This document shows, piece by piece, positions 22,478 through 31,332 of a stretch of DNA of 64,000 nucleotides; the stretch's first letter is position 1, and each line of letters begins with the position of its first letter. Made by a program: the position numbers and the translations under genes. This DNA comes from a candidate division WOR-3 bacterium (lineage in GTDB: Bacteria; Hydrothermota; Tepidihabitantia; Tepidihabitantales; Tepidihabitantaceae): the NCBI GenBank assembly GCA_037441285.1, contig JBBISL010000001.1, positions 1 to 64,000 on the forward strand, written 5' to 3'. The notes beneath the pieces are model-generated. The model saw only the letters and a list, made by a program, of their open reading frames with translations. It was not told the DNA's origin and did not search any database.

Positions 22478-23620
22478 ATGAGGATAATAACAACCGTAGG
22501 TACCATCTGTCTGATGCTCGGTCTGGGCATATTTGCCTGCGGTCCGGGCAATGTTATCAAAATCGGAGTAGTTGCTCCTCTAACCGGAGATGTTAAAACC
22601 TTCGGTGAGTCAACGATCAACGGTATTACCCTGGCGGTAGAAGAGGCAAACCGTGCCGGTGGGATTAACGGCAAACAGATAAAACTGTTTATCTCGGACG
22701 ACAAGAACGACCCGACCGAAGCAGCAAATGCTGGTGGTAAGTTGATTGAGCTGGATGGAGTGGTGGCGATTATCGGTTCGGTCTCGACTAAGTGTTCTTT
22801 GCCACTGGCAGACAAGTGTCAGGTGGCAAGGATTCCGATGCTGACCCCGACATCAACCAATCCTAAAGTAACGGTGACCGATGATGGCAAGCACAAAGAG
22901 TTTATCTTTCGCGCCTGTTTTACCGATTCTTTCCAGGGTGTGGTTGCTGCCCGGTTTGCGGCTGAGAGCTTAAAAGCGAAAACCGCGGCGGTAATGTTTG
23001 ATGTCGGCAATGACTATTCCAAAGGACTGGCTGAGTATTTCAAGCGTTTCTTTGAACAGGCGGGCGGTAAGGTGGTCGCATTTGAATCCTATCAGAAAGA
23101 TGATGCCGACTTCTCAGCGCTTTTGACCAAGATTAAACAGCAAAAGCCCGAGGTAGTTTTTCTACCGGATTACTACAACAAGGTCGGTTTGATTGTTAAA
23201 CAGGCATATCAACTCGGTCTGGAGACGAAATTCTTAGGCGGTGATGGCTGGGATTCTCCGGCGATGCTCGAAATTGCTGGTAAGGAGGTAGCGGGAAGTT
23301 ATTTTGTCAATCACTATTCTGCCGATGACCCCAGACCGGAAGTACAGAACTGGGTAAACAAATACCAGGCGCGGTTTGGCCAGAAGCCGGATGCGATGGC
23401 AACACTCGGGTATGATGCGGCGCTGTTGTTGATTGCCGCCCTGAAAAATGCGCCTACTGCTAAACCGGATGAAATCCGTCATGAACTGAGTCAGATTAAA
23501 GATTATCCCTGTGTTTCAGGTGCAATCTCTTTTGACGAGTGGGGTAACCCGATTAAGCGCGCCGCAATTATCCAGTGGACCGAAACGGGGCAAAGGTATG
23601 TTACTTCGTTCAATCCCTAA
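22478..23620 (+). CDS. Branched-chain amino acid ABC transporter substrate-binding lipoprotein (LivJ/K-like)
   Basis: Lipobox IFAC; IKIGVVAPLTG, GGINGK, FRACFTDSFQG, GGDGWDS. Confidence 0.9.
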   Translation: MRIITTVGTICLMLGLGIFACGPGNVIKIGVVAPLTGDVKTFGESTINGITLAVEEANRAGGINGKQIKLFISDDKNDPTEAANAGGKLIELDGVVAIIGSVSTKCSLPLADKCQVARIPMLTPTSTNPKVTVTDDGKHKEFIFRACFTDSFQGVVAARFAAESLKAKTAAVMFDVGNDYSKGLAEYFKRFFEQAGGKVVAFESYQKDDADFSALLTKIKQQKPEVVFLPDYYNKVGLIVKQAYQLGLETKFLGGDGWDSPAMLEIAGKEVAGSYFVNHYSADDPRPEVQNWVNKYQARFGQKPDAMATLGYDAALLLIAALKNAPTAKPDEIRHELSQIKDYPCVSGAISFDEWGNPIKRAAIIQWTETGQRYVTSFNP

Positions 23621-23652
23621 GTAGAGGCTTAAAGGCAGATTCGGCTCGACCG

Positions 23653-23680
23653 CAGGGGTGTGAAAAACACCCCTGTTTTA
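23653..23680 (+). terminator. Intrinsic terminator between convergent genes
   Basis: caggggtgt-gaaaa-acacccctg followed by tttt. Confidence 0.75.
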
Positions 23681-25015
23681 TTCTATCCATTCAACATCGG
23701 GCAAGTTAAGCTCTTCCTTTGTGACATTACCCATTATTACCATAATATAGTGGTCAGGAAACAGATGTTGTTTTGCCGCTTCGTTTACTTGTTGTAATGT
23801 TGTTGTCCGTACCCGAGCGGGAAACTGTTCCAGCCAGTCGATGCCCAAATGGTAAAGTTCAATTTCCGTCACCCGGTCCAGTTTGCCTTGATTTGAACTG
23901 TAGGAGAGCGGAAAACTGCCCGTAAAATAATTTTGTGCCTTGAGTAATTCGGATTGAGTTGCCCCTTTTTCGTGCATTTGCCAGATTTCCGCAAGCATCT
24001 TTTCTATCGCCTCTTTTGGTTTTGCGGTCTGCACAGTGGCGCGAAAGGCACCGGGTAAAATGCGGCGGTCAAACCAGCATCGGACATCGTAGGCAAGTCC
24101 ACCATATTCCCGGACGGCAAGACCCATCCTTGAGGAAAGAGGAGGACCTCCAAGAATATAAGACATCAAGCGTATCGCGATTAAATCCTTATTGAACATT
24201 GAAATACCTGGGTGCCCAAACTGGATGTAAGTTTGGTTCATGTCTTTCCGAGTAATCAATTTGACCTGAATTTTTTCAGGTACGGTAAGTTCGGGCGGTT
24301 GCGGGTTACTGACCGGTCCGGATTGCCAGTTACCAAAACGACGATTGACTTCGTTTTTTATGTCATCGTGGTCGACGGCACCAACGAAGACGATAAAGCA
24401 GTTGTTAGGGACAAAATGAGACTTATGGAAGTTTTTCAAATCGTCGCGCGTAATCTTTCGGATTGTTGCGGTATCGCCCCGAGGAGGCAACGAATAACGA
24501 TGTTTACCGAAGAGAAGGCGGTCAAACTCCATCCCGACAACCGAACTTGGATAGTCATAAGCGCGACGCGCACCACTCAGTGCCTGTTCCCGGGCGCGCG
24601 TAAACTCATCAATCGGAAAGGTTGGTTCAAGAATTATCTCTGATAAGATGTCGAGTCCGGTGGTTAGGTCTTTACTCAAAAGTCGGAGGTTGATGAAACT
24701 GTGGTCAAAATCGGTTCCGGAACCATAGCGGGCACCGATGAAATCGAGAGTCTGGGCGATTGAGTCAGCGGTCAAGTTTTTTGTACCCCGCAAGAGCATA
24801 TCAGTACAAAGACTGGCGGTACCGGCTTTACCATCAGGGTCAGAAACAGCACCGCTTCGGCAAACGAACGAGATGTCCACCATTGGTAAACGGTGGTCTT
24901 CGTAAGTAAGGATGATAAGTCCGTTGGGCAGTGAGTCACGAAAAAGCATTGCCCCGGACAGATTACCGATAACGACCAAGAGACTAATTAGATGTTGTTT
25001 ACCCGGGAAGTTCAT
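23678..25015 (-). CDS. M16B peptidase-like subunit (non-catalytic partner)
   Basis: LPNGL, DP.GK.G.A, RGT, R..GLAY motif; lacks HxxEH. Confidence 0.85.
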   Translation of the reverse strand: MNFPGKQHLISLLVVIGNLSGAMLFRDSLPNGLIILTYEDHRLPMVDISFVCRSGAVSDPDGKAGTASLCTDMLLRGTKNLTADSIAQTLDFIGARYGSGTDFDHSFINLRLLSKDLTTGLDILSEIILEPTFPIDEFTRAREQALSGARRAYDYPSSVVGMEFDRLLFGKHRYSLPPRGDTATIRKITRDDLKNFHKSHFVPNNCFIVFVGAVDHDDIKNEVNRRFGNWQSGPVSNPQPPELTVPEKIQVKLITRKDMNQTYIQFGHPGISMFNKDLIAIRLMSYILGGPPLSSRMGLAVREYGGLAYDVRCWFDRRILPGAFRATVQTAKPKEAIEKMLAEIWQMHEKGATQSELLKAQNYFTGSFPLSYSSNQGKLDRVTEIELYHLGIDWLEQFPARVRTTTLQQVNEAAKQHLFPDHYIMVIMGNVTKEELNLPDVEWIE

Positions 25016-26355
25016 CTTGCCTCCTTATCCGAAAGAAGGACGCCGACGATGCGCCGTTTTTCAGTTAGATATTGTTTACAGAAAAAAATAACCTGTTCCG
25101 GGGTAGTTTTCTCGATATGTTCGATTTGCTGCAAAAAATGGCGCCAGTTGCCGGCGGTAATCTGCGAAGTAGCAAGTAACCAGGCGATATCAGAAATGTC
25201 GTCACGGTCAAACAGTGCCGCGGCAAGGGTTTGATTTTTTACCCGTTGCAGTTCTTGGGCGCTTACCGGCTCGGTTGCCATCTTTTTTAGTTCAGTAAGA
25301 ATGATGTTCTCGATGCGAGGTATGAGGCTCTCGGCTTTGGGGGTAACGCTGATTTCGAGAATTCCCGGGTCGCGTTCCACTGAGTTCCAGGCGGAAACCG
25401 AAGTGGCAAGGCCGGAGTCAATAACCAGTGTTCGATAGAGACGGGAGTTTCGCCCACCACCTAAAATCGCTGCCACCACATCTCCAACAATGTAAAGTGA
25501 ATCGCGAATTCCGGGTGTCGGAAAGCCGATTAAGAGCGTGGGGACATTGACGCGTTTGCGTAAAACAAGTCGCCTTTCACCCGCCAGAGCAGGCTCGATA
25601 TCGTAAAAATCTGGTCTTTTGACTGGTGTACCTTTCATTCTGCCGTAATACTTTTCCGCTTTTGACCTTACTTCTTCCGGTCGCACATCACCGGCGATGA
25701 CGATGACCGCATTTGCCGGGTTATAATATTTTTTGTACCAGTCGCGGACCTTTTCAACGGTAAACTTTCCCACATCATCAGCCCAGCCGATTGTGGGATT
25801 ACGGTGGGGATGGGCAAGAAAGGCAATTGCCTCAAACTGTTCCCAGAGGGCACTGGTCGGACGGTTATCCTGCAGGCGCCTTTCTTCAGCGACCACTTGA
25901 TGCTCGCTTTCAAACTCGGAGTCGGGAAAGATGCAATTATTCATTCTCGCTGCTTCCAGTTTTAGCGCCAGTTCCCAGTGTTCTTTTGCCAGTTCTTCAT
26001 AATAACCGGTGTAATAGGTTGAGGTAAAGCCGTTGTTGTTGGCGCCTACCGAATCAAGCATCCGGTCGAAGTCACCGGGTTTGTAGATATCAGTATGCTT
26101 GAAACTCATATGTTCTACCATATGGGAGATTCCGGTACTGCCGGTTTGTTCATCGTAGGAACCAACACGATAATAGACATTGACGGAAACAACGGGCGCC
26201 GAGGAGTCAAAGTAGTGGATGACATGCAAGCCGTTTTTCAGGTTGAATTCGGTAACACGGGATTCGATTGCGGTAATTTCTCCTTTGGTTTCGTGATGCT
26301 CAACTTCTGATGGCACTGTAAAGACAAAAAACAAGAAAAGGACATTGTATAGCAT
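25012..26355 (-). CDS. M16B zinc peptidase (catalytic subunit)
   Basis: HMVEH (HxxEH), NGFT, EERR, Y.P.NA; N-terminal signal-like stretch. Confidence 0.9.
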   Translation of the reverse strand: MLYNVLFLFFVFTVPSEVEHHETKGEITAIESRVTEFNLKNGLHVIHYFDSSAPVVSVNVYYRVGSYDEQTGSTGISHMVEHMSFKHTDIYKPGDFDRMLDSVGANNNGFTSTYYTGYYEELAKEHWELALKLEAARMNNCIFPDSEFESEHQVVAEERRLQDNRPTSALWEQFEAIAFLAHPHRNPTIGWADDVGKFTVEKVRDWYKKYYNPANAVIVIAGDVRPEEVRSKAEKYYGRMKGTPVKRPDFYDIEPALAGERRLVLRKRVNVPTLLIGFPTPGIRDSLYIVGDVVAAILGGGRNSRLYRTLVIDSGLATSVSAWNSVERDPGILEISVTPKAESLIPRIENIILTELKKMATEPVSAQELQRVKNQTLAAALFDRDDISDIAWLLATSQITAGNWRHFLQQIEHIEKTTPEQVIFFCKQYLTEKRRIVGVLLSDKEAR

Positions 26356-26359
26356 ATAA

Positions 26360-28360
26360 TCACCTCGTTATTATTATCCGCAGCGGCTGAGCACCGTCAA
26401 AGCGGACAAAATATACCCCGGGACTGACCTTATTCCCATTCCGGTCTTTCCCGTTCCAGAGCAACTGGTTGCCTAATACCGGTAAGTTGGCAACGAGTTG
26501 TCCGCTCAGGTCAAAAATTTTTAGCGCCCCACTCTGTGCTGCATAGTTGGTTGTAAATCTTACTGGCAAGGCGGTAGGGTTACAGTGGGGTTTAATAACA
26601 ACCGGCTCGGGTGCTTGATGTTGGGACGTGCTGATGCCAACATTGCTTACCCCTTCTATCGCATCAAGATGAAACTCGCCCGAGGCGGTGACTTTTATGT
26701 AGCGGGCGCTGTCCAAGCCAACAGCACCGATGTCCAACAGACTCTGGTTAGTGTTGGCGGTGCCAATATCGGTCCAGGGTCCTTGCCAATCATTCGCCCC
26801 TTGAACTAACGCCGTACCGCTGCCCGCGGAGCGATAGACAATTAAATCCATACCTTCTTGATTGCGAACCGGTGTATGCATATCAAGACAGATGTACTTA
26901 CCGTTGTCGAGCCGGAACCCTTCACCATCGTGAGGACCGAGCGCCCGAATCGGATAGGTCCGATTTACTGATGGGTTGACATAGTTGTTGGAGATATTGC
27001 GGAAGGCAAAAAGCGGTGCTGATGGGTCCGGGGTTAACTGGACATCAACCGTTGTCACTGAGTCTCCGGAATCGGGTACAACAACATCGATTAAAGTCGT
27101 TTCCCGGTATCCGGGCGCGCGAAATGTTAACTGATAGGTTCCGGGAAGATAAAAGCGGTGAAAGTCACCCAGTTCGGGGTCATTATAACTGAGCCAGTTT
27201 GCGGGACTGACCCAGATTTGGCAGGGAACCGGCTCTCCCGTTGTTGCATCGGTGACAGTACCCCTAATTCCCTGACCGGCGTGATGCATCAAGGCAAGCA
27301 TTGCTGGCTTGTTCAAATTGAAAGTCGGGTCAATTTCAGAAGCAGGTGGGGTTTTCTCGATGTGCACTTCAATTGACCAGCCCATCATTCCATAGCCATA
27401 GTCAAAATCTTTGGTTGAGCCATTAATTAGATACATACTGTCCGCACCCTGCCCATAGGTGTAGTGGGTGAAGGCGTCGTAGCGGGCTGAGAGAAATTGA
27501 ATCAGGGTCAGTTCCGGAATAGTGTTTTGATAAGAGAAGCAATAACTCCAGGGATGGGAGATGAAGGTAGTGCCGGCGTGATAAGAGACATAGGTTACTG
27601 CAGGATTACGCCAGATGTGGGCTAAAGCCGCTCTATTTTCCGGCTCGGAAAATGGGGCGGCGCCCTGACTTACTTCATCACCCCACATCCAGCCCCAGTT
27701 ACGATTTAAGTCAACATTGTTGCCATTGTAACGGCGGCCCGCGATATAGCCGTCGGGATTGTACATTGGTAGAAAGTAAATTTCCCGGTCGTTCACCAGT
27801 CGGGTAACAAGGGTGTCGGTGCCGTAGTTTTGAACAAGGTATTTTATCAGTTCGAATACAATCGCCCAACCGATTTTCTCATCGCCATGGATATCTCCTT
27901 CGAAATGAACTACCGGCTCATTTTCATCGCTTTGGGGGTTGTCTGAGATTTTCATTATGAGGATTAAATTACCATTATAACTCAAACCCAGCGTTTCCAG
28001 TTTGCAAATATTGGGGTTATTCTGGGCGATAATTGCCATTGTGTCCCGAAACTCGGTGTAGGTTAAATACCGACCGTCGCTGCCAGAGGCAAGGAAGTTT
28101 TGCTCGTATACCCTGGTAATGTCTCGGGTAAGAATTTCAATTGAATAACCGCTACTCCTTAATTTATTCTGTTCTTCTACCGTTGCTTCAGCTACTACAC
28201 CCTTGTTGTCAATGTAGTTGACAATTACTCCGATTTTTTCTAATGCGCGCATCTCATTGCGACCGGCTCCTACAATCCGTACAAGGTCTCTGGACTTGTC
28301 AATATGGGCACTCGCCATGGTAAGGGTTGTAAAGATAAAAAAAACAATCCTTGGTTTCAT
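26360..28360 (-). CDS. Secreted M14 zinc carboxypeptidase with C-terminal FlgD-Ig/T9SS-like domain
   Basis: HGDE, DLNRNW, YHAG, SIEV; tail IFDLSGQLV...WNGKD..G.KVSPGVYFVR. Start at ATG 28360 (SD aaagga); promoter TTGACA-N16-TATCAT at 28416-28389. Confidence 0.88.
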   Translation of the reverse strand: MKPRIVFFIFTTLTMASAHIDKSRDLVRIVGAGRNEMRALEKIGVIVNYIDNKGVVAEATVEEQNKLRSSGYSIEILTRDITRVYEQNFLASGSDGRYLTYTEFRDTMAIIAQNNPNICKLETLGLSYNGNLILIMKISDNPQSDENEPVVHFEGDIHGDEKIGWAIVFELIKYLVQNYGTDTLVTRLVNDREIYFLPMYNPDGYIAGRRYNGNNVDLNRNWGWMWGDEVSQGAAPFSEPENRAALAHIWRNPAVTYVSYHAGTTFISHPWSYCFSYQNTIPELTLIQFLSARYDAFTHYTYGQGADSMYLINGSTKDFDYGYGMMGWSIEVHIEKTPPASEIDPTFNLNKPAMLALMHHAGQGIRGTVTDATTGEPVPCQIWVSPANWLSYNDPELGDFHRFYLPGTYQLTFRAPGYRETTLIDVVVPDSGDSVTTVDVQLTPDPSAPLFAFRNISNNYVNPSVNRTYPIRALGPHDGEGFRLDNGKYICLDMHTPVRNQEGMDLIVYRSAGSGTALVQGANDWQGPWTDIGTANTNQSLLDIGAVGLDSARYIKVTASGEFHLDAIEGVSNVGISTSQHQAPEPVVIKPHCNPTALPVRFTTNYAAQSGALKIFDLSGQLVANLPVLGNQLLWNGKDRNGNKVSPGVYFVRFDGAQPLRIIITR

Positions 28361-28438
28361 CAATACTCCTTTCAGGACCATATTTTAAATGATATTGCGG
28401 TTCAAGTAATTGTCAAAATAATTGTTATTCGACATGTC

Positions 28439-28461
28439 AATGTCATATTAATGTCATATTA
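28439..28461. promoter_or_regulatory. 11-bp tandem direct repeat resembling a Pho box / OmpR-family binding site
   Basis: aatgtcatatt-aatgtcatatt; TGTCAT half-sites one helical turn apart. Confidence 0.45.
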
Positions 28462-28500
28462 GAGTAAGAGTAATGGTTGTTTTAACCTGTCGCAATTTGT

Positions 28501-28513
28501 TAACATATTGATT
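28501..28513 (-). promoter_or_regulatory. IHF-like binding site
   Basis: Minus strand AATCAATATGTTA matches WATCAANNNNTTR; about 120 bp upstream of the sigma54 motif. Confidence 0.5.
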
Positions 28514-28629
28514 TTGTGTTAGTTATTGTCCTTGACGCACTTTAGTAAGTGCGGTCGCATTAAACAATTTTGTTTCGGTTGTTGTTCTAACTTATTATTT
28601 TTTTATATGTTAGAATTTCAGGCTGTTGG

Positions 28630-28645
28630 TGGCACAGATAATGCA
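28630..28645 (+). promoter_or_regulatory. Sigma54 (-24/-12) promoter
   Basis: TGGCAC-AGATAA-TGCA with exact GG-N10-GC spacing, in an AT-rich region with an upstream IHF-like site. Confidence 0.7.
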
Positions 28646-28755
28646 TTTAATGGCTTTCGGTGTTTTTAATAAGAAACGGGAAGGGGTTAGGTGAAATTGA
28701 CAGAGTTCTGTTTAATTTTTGTCAATAAGTTTGCTCTTTACAAGCGGGAGTTTTT

Positions 28756-29342
28756 GGGTCCACCGGGCTGCCTCATAAATTGAGTACAATTCTGTAAGAC
28801 GGGTAGCTACGGAGTCGAGAGGAAGCGCATTGTTCTCTCTGCTCTCTGTTCCGTTGCCTTTGAGGCGCACCCGAAATATTAGTACTCCATAGTTTACTCG
28901 TCTTCAAAATTGGTGGGTTGCGGAAGGAGGGATACCATTATCCCTTTTGGGAAGGAGGGATAATGACCCAAAGATAAGCGGACCCCGGATGGTAGTTGGT
29001 AAAATGAAGGAGCAGAACAAAAAGAAGAGAACCTTTGACCGAACTCGAGACAAGTAAATGCTCCTTAAAGGCCGGAGAAGTTAAGGTTTAACCAGTAACC
29101 TTCGGGGTCCGCCTTAAGATTATCTCCTGGGGCCGGCATCTTAGCCTCCTTCTTGGGATTTTGTAAGCCCACGCCCAAGTCCTACCATAATCGGCCCCTT
29201 TTTCTACGCCCGGTGGGCCCCATTATTTGAAGGAGCTGCGGTACGCCTGAAGGGTGTTCTATACCTTTTTAAATGGGGAGAGCATGCCGCCTTTTTAAAA
29301 TATCAGGCACTCTGGAACGCTCACAGGGTAGCCGCGGCTCCT
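28756..29342 (+). ncRNA. Unassigned large structured RNA or long structured 5' leader
   Basis: Several long complementary segments with G-U pairs on the + strand: 28756-68/29208-20, 28796-815/28884-904, 28936-45/28956-65, 28978-87/29103-12, 29007-14/29059-66, 29231-42/29331-42. No convincing ORF. Confidence 0.6.
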
Positions 29343-29374
29343 GTAAGATTTACCGGGGGAGAAGGAGGAAAACG

Positions 29375-31330
29375 ATGTTGAGGGTAAAGGGGTGTAGGTT
29401 CAAATATTTTACTTTTACTCTTTTGATGCTCATTGCCTTTGGTGGCTCTTGCCTTAAGCCACCAGCATTGCCGCAATGGGATGTCAGTCTGAAAATACCA
29501 GTTTATCAGCGAACGATTCGTTTAGGTGAACTTCTGTCAAACAGTGAAAAGTTCCAGATTCAGCCTGATTCATCTTTTGTAATCAATCTTACCCATCAAT
29601 GGGGGCCCGTGGCGGTTGATAACGCTGTTTCTTTGCTTGCGATTGAAGAGAGAGAAAAAATCGGGTTGGCGGATTTCGTTTTTTTCAATTTAGGCAGCGG
29701 TAGAGATGGAATAAGCTGTGAGGAAATTTTTGGCCCGATTCCCGATTCGGGTTTGAAGTTACAGGTTGAGCCGTTTAGCAATAATTTTCAGAAGCACTGC
29801 GTTATAGAGAATATTCAGACTGTTGACATTCTCGAAGGTGTGGTTATTGTGCGACTCGAAAATCGCACACCGCTCAGTTTTGATTCGATTGATATCAAAC
29901 TATTGGGGACGGTAGTCCATCTCGGCGGTATTAGAGCCGGAGAGTTCCAGGAAGAGAAGTTAAGATTGGGAGGAGCAAGGGCGGTTAACCCAATTGATTT
30001 CGATGTTGTTGTTCATTCGATGGGGAGTGGTCGGGATACAGTAAGAATTTTCCCTCAGGATAGTCTTGTGATAAACATTGAACCGGAGTCACTTAAAATT
30101 GGAGGCGGCCGGTTAAAAGTTGTTGATGCTCAAGCCGAGAAAAAAGTAGAAATAAGGATGGTCGCCCGCAATCCTTTGAGAATTGACAGTCTTGTTCTAT
30201 CACAAGGACAGTGCGTTTTCACGGTGGGTAACCGTTTGCCGGCAGCAATAAATCTAAACTATGAGTTTCGTAAGATTGGTGTTAGTTCGTCCCGGACAGT
30301 TGAGGCCGGAGAAGGGATGACGGCTGAATTCAACCTGGCCGAGGTTGGAATCGACAATTTACGGAAAACGGGTGGAATACTCGAACTTCAGACGCGGATA
30401 AAGTTCGACTCCCGAGGAGAATTTGTTGATGTGACAAAAGATTGTGCGGTGGACATCGGATATGTAATTCTGGACGCTAAACCGCGATTTCTTGTCGGGA
30501 TGTTTCGGGAACCAGTGTATGTTTTTTCCCATGTTGAGACCTTACCCGAATTAGTACCTTTTAATTTGCACGGCGTACGGTTTTCCACAGCACAGCTGGT
30601 GTTGGCAGGAGAAAATGGTGTTGGTTTTCCGATGGATGTCTTTGTTGCTTTAAAGGCGATAAAGAATCAGCAAATAGTGGCGACCGTTGAAGATGTGATT
30701 ACCGTAATGCCCGGACAAAGAAACCAACCCGGTACTTTTGAGCGCATGTTTCCGATAACTACGCTACTTAACACCGGACCGGATTTTATCACCTGCGAAT
30801 ACAATGTCCGGATGAGAGGTTACGGTCGATTTGAGAGTGGACAGTCTGTTTCCGGGACGGCGGTTTTGAATGTTCCAATGCGAGTGGCATTTGTGCCGGA
30901 TACGGTAATTTTGCCCGATAAAAGGATTGAATTGTCCGATGGAGAACGGCAATCGGTGCAAAACTATCTTGTTGATGGCCAAGCAGGAATCAGGTTGAAG
31001 ACGGCACTGCCGTTTGGGATGAATGGGCGGCTGGTGTTAAAACCAGGTTCTTTGAGCGAACCGAATGTTCTTGTTGACTCCGTTGCAATTCCATTTGTTG
31101 TACCGGCCGGGGTGGTTAACAACCAGGGGAGATGTGTTGCCGAGCGGGATACCGCAATCTCAGTTTGTCTTGATAGCATGGCGGTTACCGTTTTCCGGAG
31201 TTACCCGTTGAGTGCCAGATTGATATTCGAGTTACCGGCAACCGATACAGTGGTTGTTTATACCAATGACCAGATAAAACTGGACGCAACTGTGGAAGTC
31301 CGAATACGGGTTAATCACAGTCCCAAATAA
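29375..31330 (+). CDS. Large beta-rich putative surface lipoprotein, function unknown
   Basis: SD ggagg before ATG 29375; signal ending GGSC followed by P.WDV.L.IP; internal beta-sandwich-like repeats. Confidence 0.7.
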   Translation: MLRVKGCRFKYFTFTLLMLIAFGGSCLKPPALPQWDVSLKIPVYQRTIRLGELLSNSEKFQIQPDSSFVINLTHQWGPVAVDNAVSLLAIEEREKIGLADFVFFNLGSGRDGISCEEIFGPIPDSGLKLQVEPFSNNFQKHCVIENIQTVDILEGVVIVRLENRTPLSFDSIDIKLLGTVVHLGGIRAGEFQEEKLRLGGARAVNPIDFDVVVHSMGSGRDTVRIFPQDSLVINIEPESLKIGGGRLKVVDAQAEKKVEIRMVARNPLRIDSLVLSQGQCVFTVGNRLPAAINLNYEFRKIGVSSSRTVEAGEGMTAEFNLAEVGIDNLRKTGGILELQTRIKFDSRGEFVDVTKDCAVDIGYVILDAKPRFLVGMFREPVYVFSHVETLPELVPFNLHGVRFSTAQLVLAGENGVGFPMDVFVALKAIKNQQIVATVEDVITVMPGQRNQPGTFERMFPITTLLNTGPDFITCEYNVRMRGYGRFESGQSVSGTAVLNVPMRVAFVPDTVILPDKRIELSDGERQSVQNYLVDGQAGIRLKTALPFGMNGRLVLKPGSLSEPNVLVDSVAIPFVVPAGVVNNQGRCVAERDTAISVCLDSMAVTVFRSYPLSARLIFELPATDTVVVYTNDQIKLDATVEVRIRVNHSPK

Positions 31331-31332
31331 CC

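Noticed and set aside
29004..29057. 17-codon ORF MKEQNKKKRTFDRTRDK (and the 4-codon MTQR at 28963) as leader peptides
   Set aside because: The 17-codon ORF has no SD and no amino-acid run typical of attenuators. The SD of the 4-codon ORF is buried in a hairpin. Neither can be supported.
28756..29342. RNase P, tmRNA, SRP RNA or group I/II intron as the identity of the structured region
   Set aside because: I found no GAGGAAAGUCC or matching 3' P4 strand, no tRNA-like ends, no SRP GGAA loop motif and no recognisable intron core on either strand, by eye.
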